From the human T2T-CHM13v2.0 reference genome, Homo sapiens: DNA of 64,000 bases. Below, in pieces: positions 40,180 through 58,405 of this stretch (position 1 is the first letter of the stretch; each line of letters begins with the position of its first letter). The position numbers were made by a program, and so were the translations under genes. A model generated the notes under the pieces. That model searched no databases. It was not told the DNA's origin and saw nothing but the letters and a program-made list of their open reading frames with translations. The stretch is from NCBI RefSeq assembly GCF_009914755.1, contig NC_060929.1. One strand, given 5' to 3'.

Positions 40180-40750
40180 GCACTCTTCTCTTAACTGATC
40201 TTCAATTTTCAGATATTGCCTCCAGCTCATTCTCCACACATCAGCCAGACTGCTATTTCAAAAATGTGTATCGAAGAGACCTACACTTAGGAAAAAAATC
40301 CAAATTTACTATTTGGCTTATGTAGCTCTGTATAAATCATTTCCTGCATAAATCATCATTTGTGTCTTATTCACACAATTTTTTTTCAGTACCTACCACT
40401 GACCAAGAAGACCTTTGTTGAAATTTTCACTTACTGGCCTTTGTGGATCTAGAGATTATTTTTTTCCTAGTTCCTTCTCAGTTTTCATGGTTCCTGTCAA
40501 TGTCATCTCCTCAGAGAAGGGTCCTCTAATCACCCCGATTAAGATAGAGCCCTTCCTCTAGTGTCTTTTCTCCAAGTACTAGTTTATTTTCTTCATAGCA
40601 CTTACCACCAACAACAATAGCAACAAAAAGTCTCCAATTATTCTGTATTGTTTGCATATTTTTTCCCCAAGTAGAATTCAAGATACAGAATGGAACTATA
40701 TTTTCCTTGTTTAGTTCTATAGTTTTAATGCCTAATAAAAGTTCCAGTCT
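40180..40750 (+). mobile_element. L2 LINE 3' region
   Basis: CATTCTCCACACATCAGCCAGA, AATGTCATCTCCTCAGAGAAGG, TTTATTTTCTTCATAGCACTTACCAC. Confidence 0.75.
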
Positions 40751-40819
40751 ATTATTTAAAAAATAGTATCCCCATCCTAAAGGGGGAGGGTGAAAGAAAA
40801 GTTCAGAGAGAGTAAAGTC

Positions 40820-41171
40820 TTTAAACTAAATGTTTGTGTTTCTCCACGATTCTGTGTTGAAACCTAATCCCCAATATGATAGTATTTGGAGGTAGGACCT
40901 CTGGGAGGTGATTAGGCATGAGGGTGGAGTCCTCATCAATAGGATTAGTGCTCTTATAAAGAGACTCCAGAAAGCTGCCTTGCCCCTTGCACCATGCGAG
41001 GAAAGAGTGAGAAGTCTATAATCCAGGAAAAGGGTGTTCACTAGACATGGAATCTGCTGACATCATGACCTTAAACTCCTCAGCCTCTAAAACTGTGAGA
41101 AATGAATTTCTGTGTTCGTAAGCCACTCAGTTCCTGGTATTCTGTCATAACAGCACAAATGGAATAAGATA
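40820..41171 (+). mobile_element. MaLR solo LTR (MLT1A0-like)
   Basis: TGTTGAAACCTAATCCCCAAT, GGGAGGTGATTAGGCATGAGGGTGGAGTCCTC, CAGCCTCTAAAACTGTGAGAAATGAATTTCTG. Confidence 0.9.
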
Positions 41172-41303
41172 ACTAATTTGTTAAAATGCACATAGCACAT
41201 GTTTGGTTGAGACGGGACTGAGTAGAAGTAGTCCAACTTTACTGCCAGTGAGGTGAACATGTACTCTGTACTGTTTGCTAATTATGTTTTAAGAACTTCC
41301 TTG

Positions 41304-41640
<337 letters not shown>

Positions 41641-42874
41641 CTAAGGTATAAAAAATGTGATTCATTGACAGACATATTTGCCTAAGATCATAAATGAAGC
41701 TAGTTGAAAAACTGAGACTAAAGTGAATGTTCCATCTTCTCAATCATGTTCATTTCATTGCACACTACTGTCTCCCTTCAAGTTGACCTTCTGGAGCATT
41801 ATATGAGCCTAGACATGGCAGATATGTTTAGGTCCAGGTCACAAAGAAGACATAATCAGGAAAGCAGACTTCAAAAAAATAAGACCTAAAGAGCAGATAA
41901 ATAATGGTTCAGGGTCAAGAAGTATATTAAACCAGGGATCAAGATTATGAAGATCTCTGACAGGGGATGATGTTCCATTCCCAACTAGTATTGAAATATC
42001 AGGAGGATACAGACACCCTTTTGGAAGAAGAATTTCAGTGTGGTCATATTCCCTGCACTAAGGCACATATGATTTTCCTTCAATGGATTATCATTCTTTC
42101 CTGGAATATGTTAAATTAGCATCAAAGTGCTTAAAGTTTGGCCCTTGCCAATAAGTACAATCTACTTCAGCTGTGAATTGCTGACGGCTGAATGAAGAAT
42201 GCTACCATTTAGAAGTGTCTCTTTGATTCTCAATTCATATACAAATAAAATATCCTTTTGCTTTTTATCAAGGGAGCGATATTCCTATAAAATATTCAAA
42301 TTTACCACGGAAAATATGTCCATTCTACAAATCCCTGGAGGGTAACTTTGATCCTTGACTTCTGGTTTTCAATCTGCCATTTTTACTCATGTTTTCCTGA
42401 AACAAGTAAGCCCACAGGTTGAGTCCTTCCAAATGAATTCCACAAGCTGATAGATGTCACCCTTCTTATCTAATTTTGACCTATCTCCTTTAAGGCTTTC
42501 TGGAGACAGATTAAAGAATGAGGCTTTGGTTTGACATCAGTTCAAAAGATAGAGCAAAGTGTGAGCAGAAAATAGAGGTCAAGGTGGAAGTATGAGGCAA
42601 ACCTCAGGAGCATAGCCCCTGTCAAGAAATGCCCCGACTCTCAGCAGCAGTCGAGGAAGCAGCTGGTCTGGATTTCTTGTCACTGTTAGGGCTTAATTAC
42701 TGGCACATAGCAAACACAGGCCTTGGAGATGGGACTGGGTGACCCATGTCGGGGGCTAAGGCTGTCTTCTGATATACTCTCTGCCAGGTGACCCTCGTGC
42801 CTCATGACAGCATGATGCCTCTTTGAGCTTAGTTCTATCTAGCTGCAAGTTACTTGTAAAGAGACAGTTTTAGA

Positions 42875-43132
42875 AACAGTGATCATAATATAATAATTCC
42901 CAAAGTGTGTTTACATCATATCATCCCATATTCATCTTCCTGACAAGACTGTGAGGTACCCAGAGGGAAAATGATTGTAATAATCTTTTTGTTGTTGTTG
43001 TTTGGGGGGGTAAGAAAAGTAAGAATCAGAGAAGTTAAAGGATTTGACAAGCATATACAGTTGCTGTATGGTGAAGTTAGAATTCAAATGTGGTCTCTTG
43101 AATCTAAATGCCATTTTTATTCCACTACACCA
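42875..43132 (-). mobile_element. MIR SINE
   Basis: ATCATCCCATATTCATCTTCCTGACAA..GTGAGGTA...CAGAGAAGTTAAAGGATTTGACAAG...GAATTCAAAT...TCCACTACACCA. Confidence 0.75.
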
Positions 43133-44559
43133 TATCTATCTAAGTAATTCAGTTCTCAAAGTGAATTGGGAGGAAACATGAAGCTAAATGTAATATTTCA
43201 AGGAGATATAGAAGGAATCCAAACATATGAATCCCAAGATAGAGCTCAGATTGTAAATAACCAATCTTGTCAAGATATGAAAGCCATTGCAAGCTCTAAA
43301 CTGAGATGTGATTTAAATGTCATATTTGAATAACAGTCCTCTGATCCATCATCTGCCATAAATTTTAAGATCTCATTTACAGAAAATAAAAACAAACAAG
43401 TTAACCTTTTTTCATACCAACATGTAAAAACTGTATAATATCCTGAGTCTTTTAGAGAGAATTGGGACCAAAGGATTCCAGTCAATGAATAATTAAAAAA
43501 ACACTCGAATATCCTGACACCTGACCCTTTAGAGTATTATAGTGTTCTATTTGTAATTAAATCTTAACATGAAAAAGATAGCAAAATAAATATTTAAAAC
43601 CTCCCCTTAAAGAAATATACCCAATGCTGTGCTATTTGGGGAGATCTTATTATTTGATAATTTATAAAAAATAAATTCTATAAGCAATGAAATATAAGCA
43701 GTTTTTTTCTAATAGCTATTTTGTATTACCAAAAATCAGTAGTTACATGTATTCATTGTGACTTCAAATATACCAAATACCAGGAACATAAATACCAGGT
43801 TAACTAATTCAACCAATAAGATGAAACAAAATGTTATTCACTTTTAATTTAAAGAGCTAGGTGAATTGAAGAGGTCAGGATGAATGTACCTCCTTGACAT
43901 CTTCTCCTTTTTCCTTTTCCAATTTAATATATTTCTTCTAATCTCCAGATGATTGTTCGTTTCCCACTACTCCTCTGGTTTAGTAATGGAATTTCCACTA
44001 AAACATTTGCTATCAATTTTGTTTTGTTTTTACCTGAAGTTTTAACTGTCTTATATAATTTAATATTATTACATTTTACCAGAAATAGAAACAGCTAAAG
44101 TCTACCTATTCCACTTAATTTAACATTGAAGGGAACAAAGAAACTATATATTTAATTGGTAAAACATAAAACTCAGAAAAACCTAAGTCTCTAAAGTGTG
44201 TATATAATTTATTAAATGTACTAGATTCACCATTCCTAAAACTAAGTTTTTGATTTGAGTGGTGAATGTTTACTGTGACTGGCTGAGAAGATAGAGATAT
44301 AAATCTTCAACTCCCTTCAATATTGCACATGCCTGGAGAAATGCATTGTACTTTATGATAGTAGTTTCTGTTTTTGTAGTTCTTTCTGTCCTCTGCCTAT
44401 TGCACTCAATATCATTGTTGAAAATGAGCTACCTGTCTTATTAATATCAGCATATTAAGCTGGTATGTTTATTGATATGGATACATACATGCTATGTCCA
44501 TTTCTTCAATATGTATTACACATGCCCAGATGAGATGGTATAGATTCACTTTTTTTGGT

Positions 44560-48650
<4,091 letters not shown>

Positions 48651-49605
48651 TGAAGAAAATATATTAAATGTGCCCAGAGTTTGCTCAAGAACTCAAGCAA
48701 GTTAAGGAAAGCTAGTGTATTAGGAAAAATGTAATTATACTGAAGTAGCCAAGACTGCTTTTTTTCACAATGCCTAACTCTAAACAATAGATCAACTTAA
48801 GCATACATTTTCAAACATGATTGAAAGCTTCACCTGCTTTGTAATCATAAGACAGTAACGAATAAAAGTAAGCACAGCTACACATGTGGAATCAAATATT
48901 TCATTAGCCATAGCCATCACACTATATTTTCTCAGGATGTTTCTTCTCTGGGCGCAGAAAAATAACATTAAGTCTATTCTCAATGTCTCCCAAAAGACTC
49001 CGAAATGGGTTTTGCTTGATCTGGTACTTAGATCTCAGTGGTGTATTCAGAATAAAGAAAACAAGTTTTGAGATATGTGTATTTTTTCTTTTCAAGGCTT
49101 TATAACAGAAACCCATCTAGGTATAAGACAGATTAGGGTTCACTGTCACTTCCCTGCCTCTGGACATAATATTTCATGTAGAGGCAGAAACAAATAATAT
49201 TTCTCTCCTATTTTAAAAAGCTTAACAATATATAAAGCAGACTGTGCCCTCACAGCTCAGTCTTGTCCATTTCAAAACCAAATATAAGTTTTGGACTGGA
49301 ACAATATGCCCCCAAATTTCTAAAAAGAATGTAAGCAAGACAACTTAGTATTATCAACTTTTGAGAATGTCAGTCTGGAAATAGAATATTCAAACAAGTA
49401 CATCTTTCTTTTCGTAATTGAATTTTTCTTTTAATTTTTCTGGAAAGTGCAAAAAGATTATGAAAAATTTTTGCTAAACAATAATTCATTTACTTGTCTG
49501 AATAGATAAAATACGATGGCAATGTATTTGGCCAGTTTTGGCCTACCACCTGCTTCAAATTATAAAAGAAAATGATGAATCCCTGGTTTATAACATTTTA
49601 AATTT

Positions 49606-50345
49606 TGACCTACAATTTGATGCAGGAATCTCACTACTTGGAATCTACCCAGAGGAAAAGAAGTCATTATGTGAAAAAGACACTTGCATGCGTGTGTTTA
49701 AAGCAGCACAATTCACAATTGCAAAAATACGGAACCAGCCCAAATGCCCATTAATCAAGTGAATAAAGAAAATATGATATATATATATATTAAATAGACA
49801 CATACATATCTCACATTGGTATACTACTAAATATCACATTGAATAAATATGAGATATATACATATATATGTATATATCCAATGTGATATATACATATATA
49901 TCACAGTGGAATAATTGGAATACTACTGGAATATCACATTGGAATAAATGTGATACACACACAAACATACACCATGAAATACTACTAAGATATAAAAGGG
50001 AATGAAATAATGGCATTTGCAGCAACCTGGATGGAGTTAGAAACAATTATTTTAAGTGAAATAACTCAGGAATGGGAAACCAAACATCGTTATGTTCGCA
50101 CTTATAAGTGGGAGCTAAGCCATGAGGACACAAAGGCATAAGAATGATATAATGGACTTTAGGTATTCAGGGGAAAAGGTGGGAGTGGGTTGAGGGATAA
50201 AAAATTGTACATCAGGTAGGTGTACACTGCTCAGGTGATGGGTGCACAAAAATCTCAGAAATCACCACTAAAGAACTTACCTATGTAACCAAACAACAGC
50301 TGTTCTGCAAAACCTATTGAAATTTCTTAAATTGAAATAAAGAAA
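49606..50345 (+). mobile_element. L1PB-type 3' end
   Basis: CTACCCAGAGGAAAAGAAGTCATTATGTGAAAAAGACACTTGCA, GTGGGAGCTAAGC..GAGGACACAAAGGCATAAGAATGATATAATGGACTTT, CAGAAATCACCACTAAAGAACTT. Confidence 0.92.
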
Positions 50346-51844
50346 ATATTTTAAAAAGGAAGATATTTCTATCTCATGATATGTGAAAAACATTAACTAA
50401 AATTGAGAAAATATTTTGAACCAAATTTTGTCTTCTTACTGATTATCTTAACTACTATCTGGAATTAAAGTTACCAAATAAAAGTTGATATCGAGAAATA
50501 ATTGAAAGTATTTAATTATAAAATTGAGAACCTAACCACAAATAGCTATTGAAAATAACAAATATTTGACATGTAATGTTATGTTACATTGCATATAAAT
50601 ATTAATGGATAGAAATGAAATATTAATTTTAATATGAAGCTTAAAAGTGTTTTTCAAAACTTTGTCAGCACACAGCATTTATTTTAAAACCCACACTTCT
50701 CTGCTAAAACCTTATCAACAGGAACCACACAAAATAAACAGGATACTTCTCCTTCACTTAGATTAGGTTATTCATTGCTTTGGTTCAGTGGCAGTGATTG
50801 GCTATTTTAAGAGTGAATCAGTTTATCTCATGTTCTCATGGACCAAATATATTTGATTAGATCTGGGGTGAATAGGCTTCAACTTCAGTGTCAGATCCAT
50901 TCAATTGGCTGTGGCAGACATGAGCACAGATTTGGGAAGAAATCCAAGACTCAAAGGAAAAGACTAGAAATGTCTGGCAATTGTTTGAGACCCAGAGTGT
51001 CATAATGCATCAGCTAAGTATTTTTCTCTTTGGGTAAGGCACTTAAATTCTCTACAGATAAATGAGAATAAAAGCTTATATATCTGTGGCATACTAAAAC
51101 TTCATTTTAAAAGTATATTTACAGTAGAAATCATGTAACTAGAACAAGCAGGACATCCTTTAAAGGACGGTTATCTAACAAGCTTTAGTATTTGTATTTT
51201 CTCTAGTATTTTTTTCTCTAACAAATATGTAGATGAGTAATTGACAGTATCTATTTGAAATAGGGCATTTTTAGCATTATCCACAGGAGTTTAGAAAGTG
51301 TTGGGCATCAGTCTATCCAATTTGGAACTTGTGTATGTTTTTCCCAAAGAAACCTAAACAGAGTCAAGTAGGACTCTGATGTCATAAAACTGAGTTAATT
51401 ATGATACCTATTTTATAGAGTATAGAACTCTGGGATTAATACATATGTCTTTCTAGAAGTGTTAAAATGATTGCGTTTTTAGGAAAATCTGGAAGCTTTA
51501 CCTAAGAGTACACATTTGCATTATAGGATACTCAGGGTTTTTCAACTATGCAGGTGGGGAGGAGGAAAGGTGCCAGCTGTTTGTTATCATTATTCTATTT
51601 TGCTTTTGTCTTCTCCCCACTTAGGGGTATCCAGATGGTTATAAATATTTAGGAATCTGAAGGCATTTCAAAAATATCAAATCTGTTACATTCTAAATAC
51701 AAAATTAGCAAGTCACTAATTCTCAACTCACTTATCCCTTACTTGAACATAGAGAGAAACAGAAGCCAAAAAGATAAGTACTGTATCTGAAAAGATCCTT
51801 CCTTATTTTTCTATGTAATTATCCTAATTATACTTTTCCAATTT

Positions 51845-52149
51845 ATTTTATTTATTTATTTATTTTTAAGACAGAGTCTCACTCTGTCACCCAGGCTGGA
51901 GCGCAGTGGCGCCATTTCAGCTAACTGCAACCTCCTCCTCCCAGGTTCAAGTGATTTCTCTTGCCTCAGACTCCCAAGTAGCTGGGATTACAGGCACCCG
52001 CCACCACACCTGGCTAATTTTTTGTGGTTTTAGTAGAGACAGGGTTTCACCGTGTTAGCCAGGATGGTCTCAATCTCCTGACCTTGTGATCTGCTGGCTT
52101 CGGCCTCCCAAAGTGCTGGGATCACAGGCATGAACCACTGCACCCAGCC
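51845..52149 (-). mobile_element. AluS (Sc-like) element with 16-bp TSD
   Basis: TSD TATACTTTTCCAATTT at 51829-51844 and 52150-52165. Confidence 0.97.
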
Positions 52150-54723
52150 TATACTTTTCCAATTTCAAATTGCAACAGAGGCAGAACCCTAACCTAATAA
52201 CTCTGCTTCCTAGGTTAGTGAGTGTTCCAAGAGTCTGGTTAACTGATCCTTTTATGTCTCTGTTGCTCTGCTGTCAATCCAAAGCCAAATATATATGATA
52301 CACAAACACACATCAGTCCAGTACCTTATGTGTCCTTCTTCCTAATACTCTCCATTCATTATTAGCACATAAAATCTCTTTGGTTTATTTCACAGAATAA
52401 ATAAACATATTAATATCCTTAAAAATAAAACTATTTTGCTGAAATAACTTGTGAAATTATATTTTATTGCACTTTAAGCTGTCACCATTTTTACAACACA
52501 TAGAACTGGCCACTATATAACACAGCTAGTAAATCTATAGTTCAAGACATTCAATATATATTCAAACCTCATATAACATATTCAATGATATGGGAGGCAT
52601 TTAGGGGAAATATTTTGGAGAAATGAGGATTTGTCACAATAGTAAAATGTAGTTATACAGTTGTTCAATTGCTTGAAACTAGAGCCTCTAAAACAGAAAA
52701 TAAATTTATAGAAACTTTACCGTCTGAATTCAGTCTCAATTATCTATTTTATTCATTTCACTTATCTGACAAGGAAATTAGACTAGCAAACACATATTTA
52801 TCTACACAATTATGGAAAGCAATTACTTGGGTGATATTTTAAGACTCAACTTCTAAGAAAACATTTGACATGAGCTGCTGTGCTCTAAGTATCTATTTTG
52901 GGGTTCACAGGAGGAAAGACACAAACAGTACTCACAGAGCACATTGAAACAACATACAATCTCAACTAGATCCTAAAGTCTAGAATACCTATGGTGAAAA
53001 ACATATTCACAAATATTTATAAATTATTTAAAATGAGGATGTTGTTAAATACAACAAAAATACAGGAAGTCTGTGTACAGAATCAATATTGAATATGTTA
53101 AGACTGAATAATAAATGAGTTTAGTACTTACATAGAGGAAGATTTATTAATCAATTAAAGAACTAGAGTACTGCTTATTGTCTCTCTATTGGTTTCTGTT
53201 ATGTTGACTGATGCAGTATAGGGTAACAATGAGCAATCCTTAGAATTTCTGTTTGTTTATTATACTGATATATTTTTATTATTATATTTTATTCATGGGC
53301 ATTATTGGTAGGCAGGAAAGTTCCAATTAAATAAAGTAAAAAATAAAATGATTAGAGTTTAAAAATAATTACAGACAAGACTTAAAAAGTAATGAATATC
53401 AAATACATGTTTATCTGCCAGAAAAATAAATCCATTTTGTGGTGTATCTTTAGCGTTGACATAATGATATATAGTTTGTTTCCTGAAGTAGATTTAATGG
53501 TGTTGATTATTTTGTGGACTAGAAAGCAGCAGAGGAAATCAGCATATTGCTTTATGTCATTCTTCCATAGCCTTTTGCCTTGAATTGGAACACTAAATAA
53601 TAGTCAAACTATGAGGTTGTTTTCCTGCTTTAATTTTTTTCTGTGTGTTATCCGTATGGGGAGGGGAGTTAAATGGAAAAAGAAAAAAGATTTAATTAAG
53701 CTAGTTACTAGAGTTATAATTTTTCCTTGAAAAAGGAATATATTTTCACAAAAAAGTTGAAGAGACTTTCAAAATGAAAAACTATTAAAATTATAGCCAT
53801 ACAATTCAGATTATTTTTAGGAGACAGTAATTGGTCATTTTACAGAAGTTGATTCTACCACATCTTTGCATTCATTTCAGGACCTATTATATTTTCTGTA
53901 CTTACTAAATATCCTAAAAATACCACTCAAATCTAGCACTTGGATCATCTGGGATTATGAACTGATATTATGAATAATGTGTGCTGCTTTTCAAAAAGCA
54001 ATTTCTAATCACTTTTATCTTTCATGCTGATTTTTGTTAATATAATTGATCCAATTTTAGGAAAAGAACAGGTGAAAAGGCTAAAAACAGTATCAAACTG
54101 TTTTTCTTTGGTTTAATTTTGTAGATGTATGCATTAATACTGTGAATAAAAGAGAAGCAACGGTTAAAATTTAAGTGGTAAAAAAGTATATTCAGGACAA
54201 AAATTAAGAGAAAACTACACATATCAATTCATATTTGAAATATGAGAAATTCCTATTGAGTGCTACAAAATATCCCAAATTAGACTGATGTATTTGGAAA
54301 ATAGCCCAATGAAATTACAGATAAAACCTTATAGAGATTTATATTAAACATGTCTTTAATCATAAACATGTTGGAACATCAAAAATTACAAGGTGTGTTT
54401 ATTTAAAGAAAGCACGCTGAAGAAAGAAGAGACCAAGATAACCAATCTGAATAGGTGTCAAAAAGTAAATAGGAAAAAAAATGCATACATATTTTTCAGT
54501 ATATATTCATGTATATATTTTCAAATGTTCATGCTTTCAAATACAAACACACACACACTAACTCACACATACACAATGCATTCACAAACATACATTTCAA
54601 ACTTACGTCAACCCAAACAAGAAGCACCTGTTATGAAAAATAACAATCTCAGGAAAAAAAAAAAGAGTTATTGGGACTGAAGATACGACTGCACAAGTGG
54701 AGTGAAGTTTAGGAGATAGTGAG

Positions 54724-55091
54724 TGATATCTTTTGGCTGTGTCTTCACCCAAATCTCACCATGAATTGTAATAATCCCCCATGTGTCAAGGGCAGGACCA
54801 CATGGAGATAATTGAAACATGGAGGTGGTTTCTCCCATGCTGCTCTCATGATAGTGAATGCATTCTCAGGAGAGCTGATGGTTTCATAAAGGGCTTTTCC
54901 TCCTTAGCTTGGCACTTCTCCTTCCTGCTGCCATATAAAGAAGGACATGTTTGCCTCCCCTTCCACCATGATTGTAAGTTTCCTGAGGCCTCCCCAGTTA
55001 TGCTGAACTGTGAGTTAATTAAATCTCTTTCCTTCATAAATTACCCAGTCTCGTGCACATCTTTATTAGCAGTGTAAGAAAGACTAATACA
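54724..55091 (+). mobile_element. THE1 (THE1C-like) solo LTR with 5-bp TSD
   Basis: TGATAT..TTTGGCTGTGTC start, ACTAATACA end; TSD GTGAG at 54719-54723 and 55092-55096. Confidence 0.95.
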
Positions 55092-57819
55092 GTGAGCTAA
55101 TGTGCTCATCATTTCACAATAGCATCAAATATGATGGTAAAGGTAAAAGGAATGAGAATCAATTGCAGAAGTACAACAATAAAAGCAAAAAAAGAACTAA
55201 ATGCAAAAACACTGGGTATTTTAACAATGGAATTCTGATAAAGCTGTGAGATGATGAATTTAAATTTTATTCCCTTCCCTGTATGAATTTATTGTAGCAT
55301 GTACTTGTATAGATTTTATACCACTTAAAGAATACACATTAAGAGGACAGTTAAAAGATAAGTGCTGCTCCTAGTTTTAACTATAATAGAGTGCCCAGGC
55401 AAACTTAAAAACAAAGGAAGAGGTAACACTTAAAATTTATAGCACATACTGGACATTCCTAGTTGCTAAAGAATTTAATGAAATATGTAGATAGATAGCA
55501 AAGTTAAAAAAAATAGAGTACAATGTGAGAAAAGTTAAGAATGAACAGAAATAATAATAAGCTACAAATAACTACACATTCCCAAAGAGTAACTGCCAGG
55601 CATAACAGGTGTGAAAACAGATTTGTGGATCCCATCATCCAGTAAATTAACTTGCTGACCAGGATGTTACTCTCACCAAGAAAATATACCAATTGAAAAT
55701 ACATACATTACAAGGTATTTTATCATAAGGAACTAAATTTACATGTAAAGTTTCAGATATCCAAGTATAAATACACAGTTTAGTTTCCCCCAAAGTATCA
55801 AATTATGAACATATGGAATAAGGGGCTACCTTAGAACAACATGATATTTTCATAGTAGTTAGTGAAAACTGATTTTATAGTATCTTTATTTACATTACTC
55901 TGGCATAATTGTAAGAAACATGTACTTTAAATAAGCTAAGTTTTATTCAAATGAAGGAAACAAATAAAAAGGTATCATTGCAAACGGAGAATGTTTCTGC
56001 AGTTGAAAGCCAATTCTATATCTAATTTAGATGCTAAATTGAAATTAACCTTGGTTTACTTCTTCCATACTTTCTAAGTAATTTCATTTATGCAGTGAAA
56101 AGTATATATGTTCAATTTTAATCTTTTTGATCTGTCCACTCTCTAAATAATTTATTTGTGGGAGGAAAATCAAAAGATAACACTTTGATTACCTTTCTTA
56201 GGCTAAAAGAGTAGGTCAACATCATTCCTAATCATCAGCAGTTAGTGTTAAATATATTGATTACTGGTAAATTCTTTCATTACAGAGTGATGCTCCTTAT
56301 AATTTTCTGTACAGGATTGCCAACAAAAAAGGTCCTAAAATATTTAGTGATAATTTACATTCAATACTGATTGTTTCAGTTATGAATACTAAGAAACCAT
56401 TTCTTACCAAATTATCCTGCCTTTAAATTCTTTATCAAATTGTTAACAATATATCTAACAAGTCTCTTGTAATATAAATAGTTATTGCCTTCCAATTAGT
56501 ATTGATAATACAGTATATATTTTACTTCTTAAAGTATTATAGAATATTTGTGATGCTCAGTAAAATATATATGTTTTTAATTTATCTTTTTCTCCTGCAC
56601 GATCACTGTATTAGAAAAATGTTACCATTGGTTAACATTTTCAGTTGTCATGCATAATTCGTATAAGAATCTCAAGAGCAGAAAACTGTGAACTAAGAGT
56701 ACCTTAGTAAAATCCCAAGTAGTAGAGGTGGATGTAAATCTATGTGACTTATTTATAAACTTTATGTCTCTATATAGCTATCTATAATTACTTTTAATAC
56801 CACTTACTTACATACTAACAATTTCTGCCCTGGTAGGTGTTTGGAATATTCTGGGAAAAATTAAAATCTGTTTCTCAGTTTAGTAAAGTGCTGCAAAGTC
56901 CTTTTTGTATGTTTCACGTCCCATAGAATTGAGCATCTCTAATCTCTTTCTCTGGCTATTTTAAGGAGAAATCAGCCCTGGGGCATCTGGAGAATCTGTT
57001 TTATTTCACCAAGCATGGACAAGAGAATCACTGATAATTATTTTTGTACTTTCAGAGTGAATTCAAACATCTGCAAACATAAACACACAAACATGCATAT
57101 ATGTATGTGTATATATATGTTTTATATATGTAATTATAATTTATATTTATATGTCATTATATACATCAATAATAATATATCATATACATAGAAGGAATAA
57201 TATATCAGCTCTATGTGTTATGTATATCTGTGTGTGTATATGTGTTAGGTACATATAAGGGTATATTTAAAAATATCTACATAGCCTTTGAATAATCTTT
57301 TCTAAGTTTTCAATTAAGATGTACATTGCAGTTAGTATGACCAAAATGTTTCTATTTAGAAACATGGAGTTATTTTAGTTATTGTTTATCACTTGGAAAT
57401 AAAATTTTGGGTACACTTAGAAATAAATTACCATCAAAACTCCAATAATCTAGTATTTGGTTTTGAGCTAAAAATATGTTTGCAATTTATTTAAGAGTAG
57501 ACATTGGCCTTACTCTTTGTCCAATCGAGAAGAATTGTATACATTTTTTTCTTTGCTTCCATCATCTGTTGTAATTTATGAGATGATGTACAATAGAAGA
57601 CTATTTATTTTCAGAGTTAAAGGATTCTGCTGAGAAAATAACATATATATGTTTTTACTAAACAGCTATTTTCTACAAAAATGTAATATGTAGATAACTG
57701 AAAAATACAAAATCTATGTTGATAATTTTCATGCCAAAACATCACATTGATGAGTGCCTTTTATGACCAAGTATAACAGATACAGCTGACCCTTTCTGAA
57801 ATAAATCTTTTTCTCTTCT

Positions 57820-58150
57820 TTGTTGGCTCACAAATAAACTACCATTTTCACCTCCTTTGTGTTTGGGGATGAACTTATGATGGCTGGCCCAGCCATTACA
57901 TTTTCCAAGGGATCTCTCTCATTGTTTTTCCCCTTCAGCAGACTAGATAGTGATATCCAGTGTGAACGAAGCCTTATGTTGATAATGGTAGAGCTTTGAG
58001 CACCCTGGATCCCTAAATGCCTGGAGTAGAATAAACACTCTCAACCATTGATCTAAGCCATGTTGCGATGCCCAATAACTAAACAAACAAACATATAAAC
58101 TTGTATTATATCCAGCTTAAAATATTGGAGCTTATTTCTTATACTAGATA
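57820..58150 (+). mobile_element. Old MaLR LTR fragment (MLT1J/K-like)
   Basis: AAGCCTTATGTTGATAATGGTAGAGC...CCTGGATCCCT...ATAAACTTGTATT...TTGGAGCTTATTTCTTATAC. Confidence 0.5.
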
Positions 58151-58297
58151 AAGAAACTCAATAGGATGATCTTTCCTTCACCAAAAAAAAAAAAAAAAAA
58201 AAAAAAAAAGGAGAAGCTAAAAGATTCTAGTTAATGTACTTAGGACTTATGAACTGCCATCAAGGTCATTATGAACTGCCATCAAGGTTACTGTATG

Positions 58298-58405
58298 AAC
58301 TGTAAATGACCTGTGGCCAGGGGCCAGGTGTTTATACCCTCAGTACCTAGCACACGCCAGGAACTTGATAGGCACTAAGCAGTATTGGCTGAATGAATAA
58401 ATATA
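58298..58405 (+). mobile_element. L2 3' terminus
   Basis: CAGTACCTAGCACACGCCAGGAACTTGATAGGCACTAAGCAGTATTGGCTGAATGAATAAA. Confidence 0.75.
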
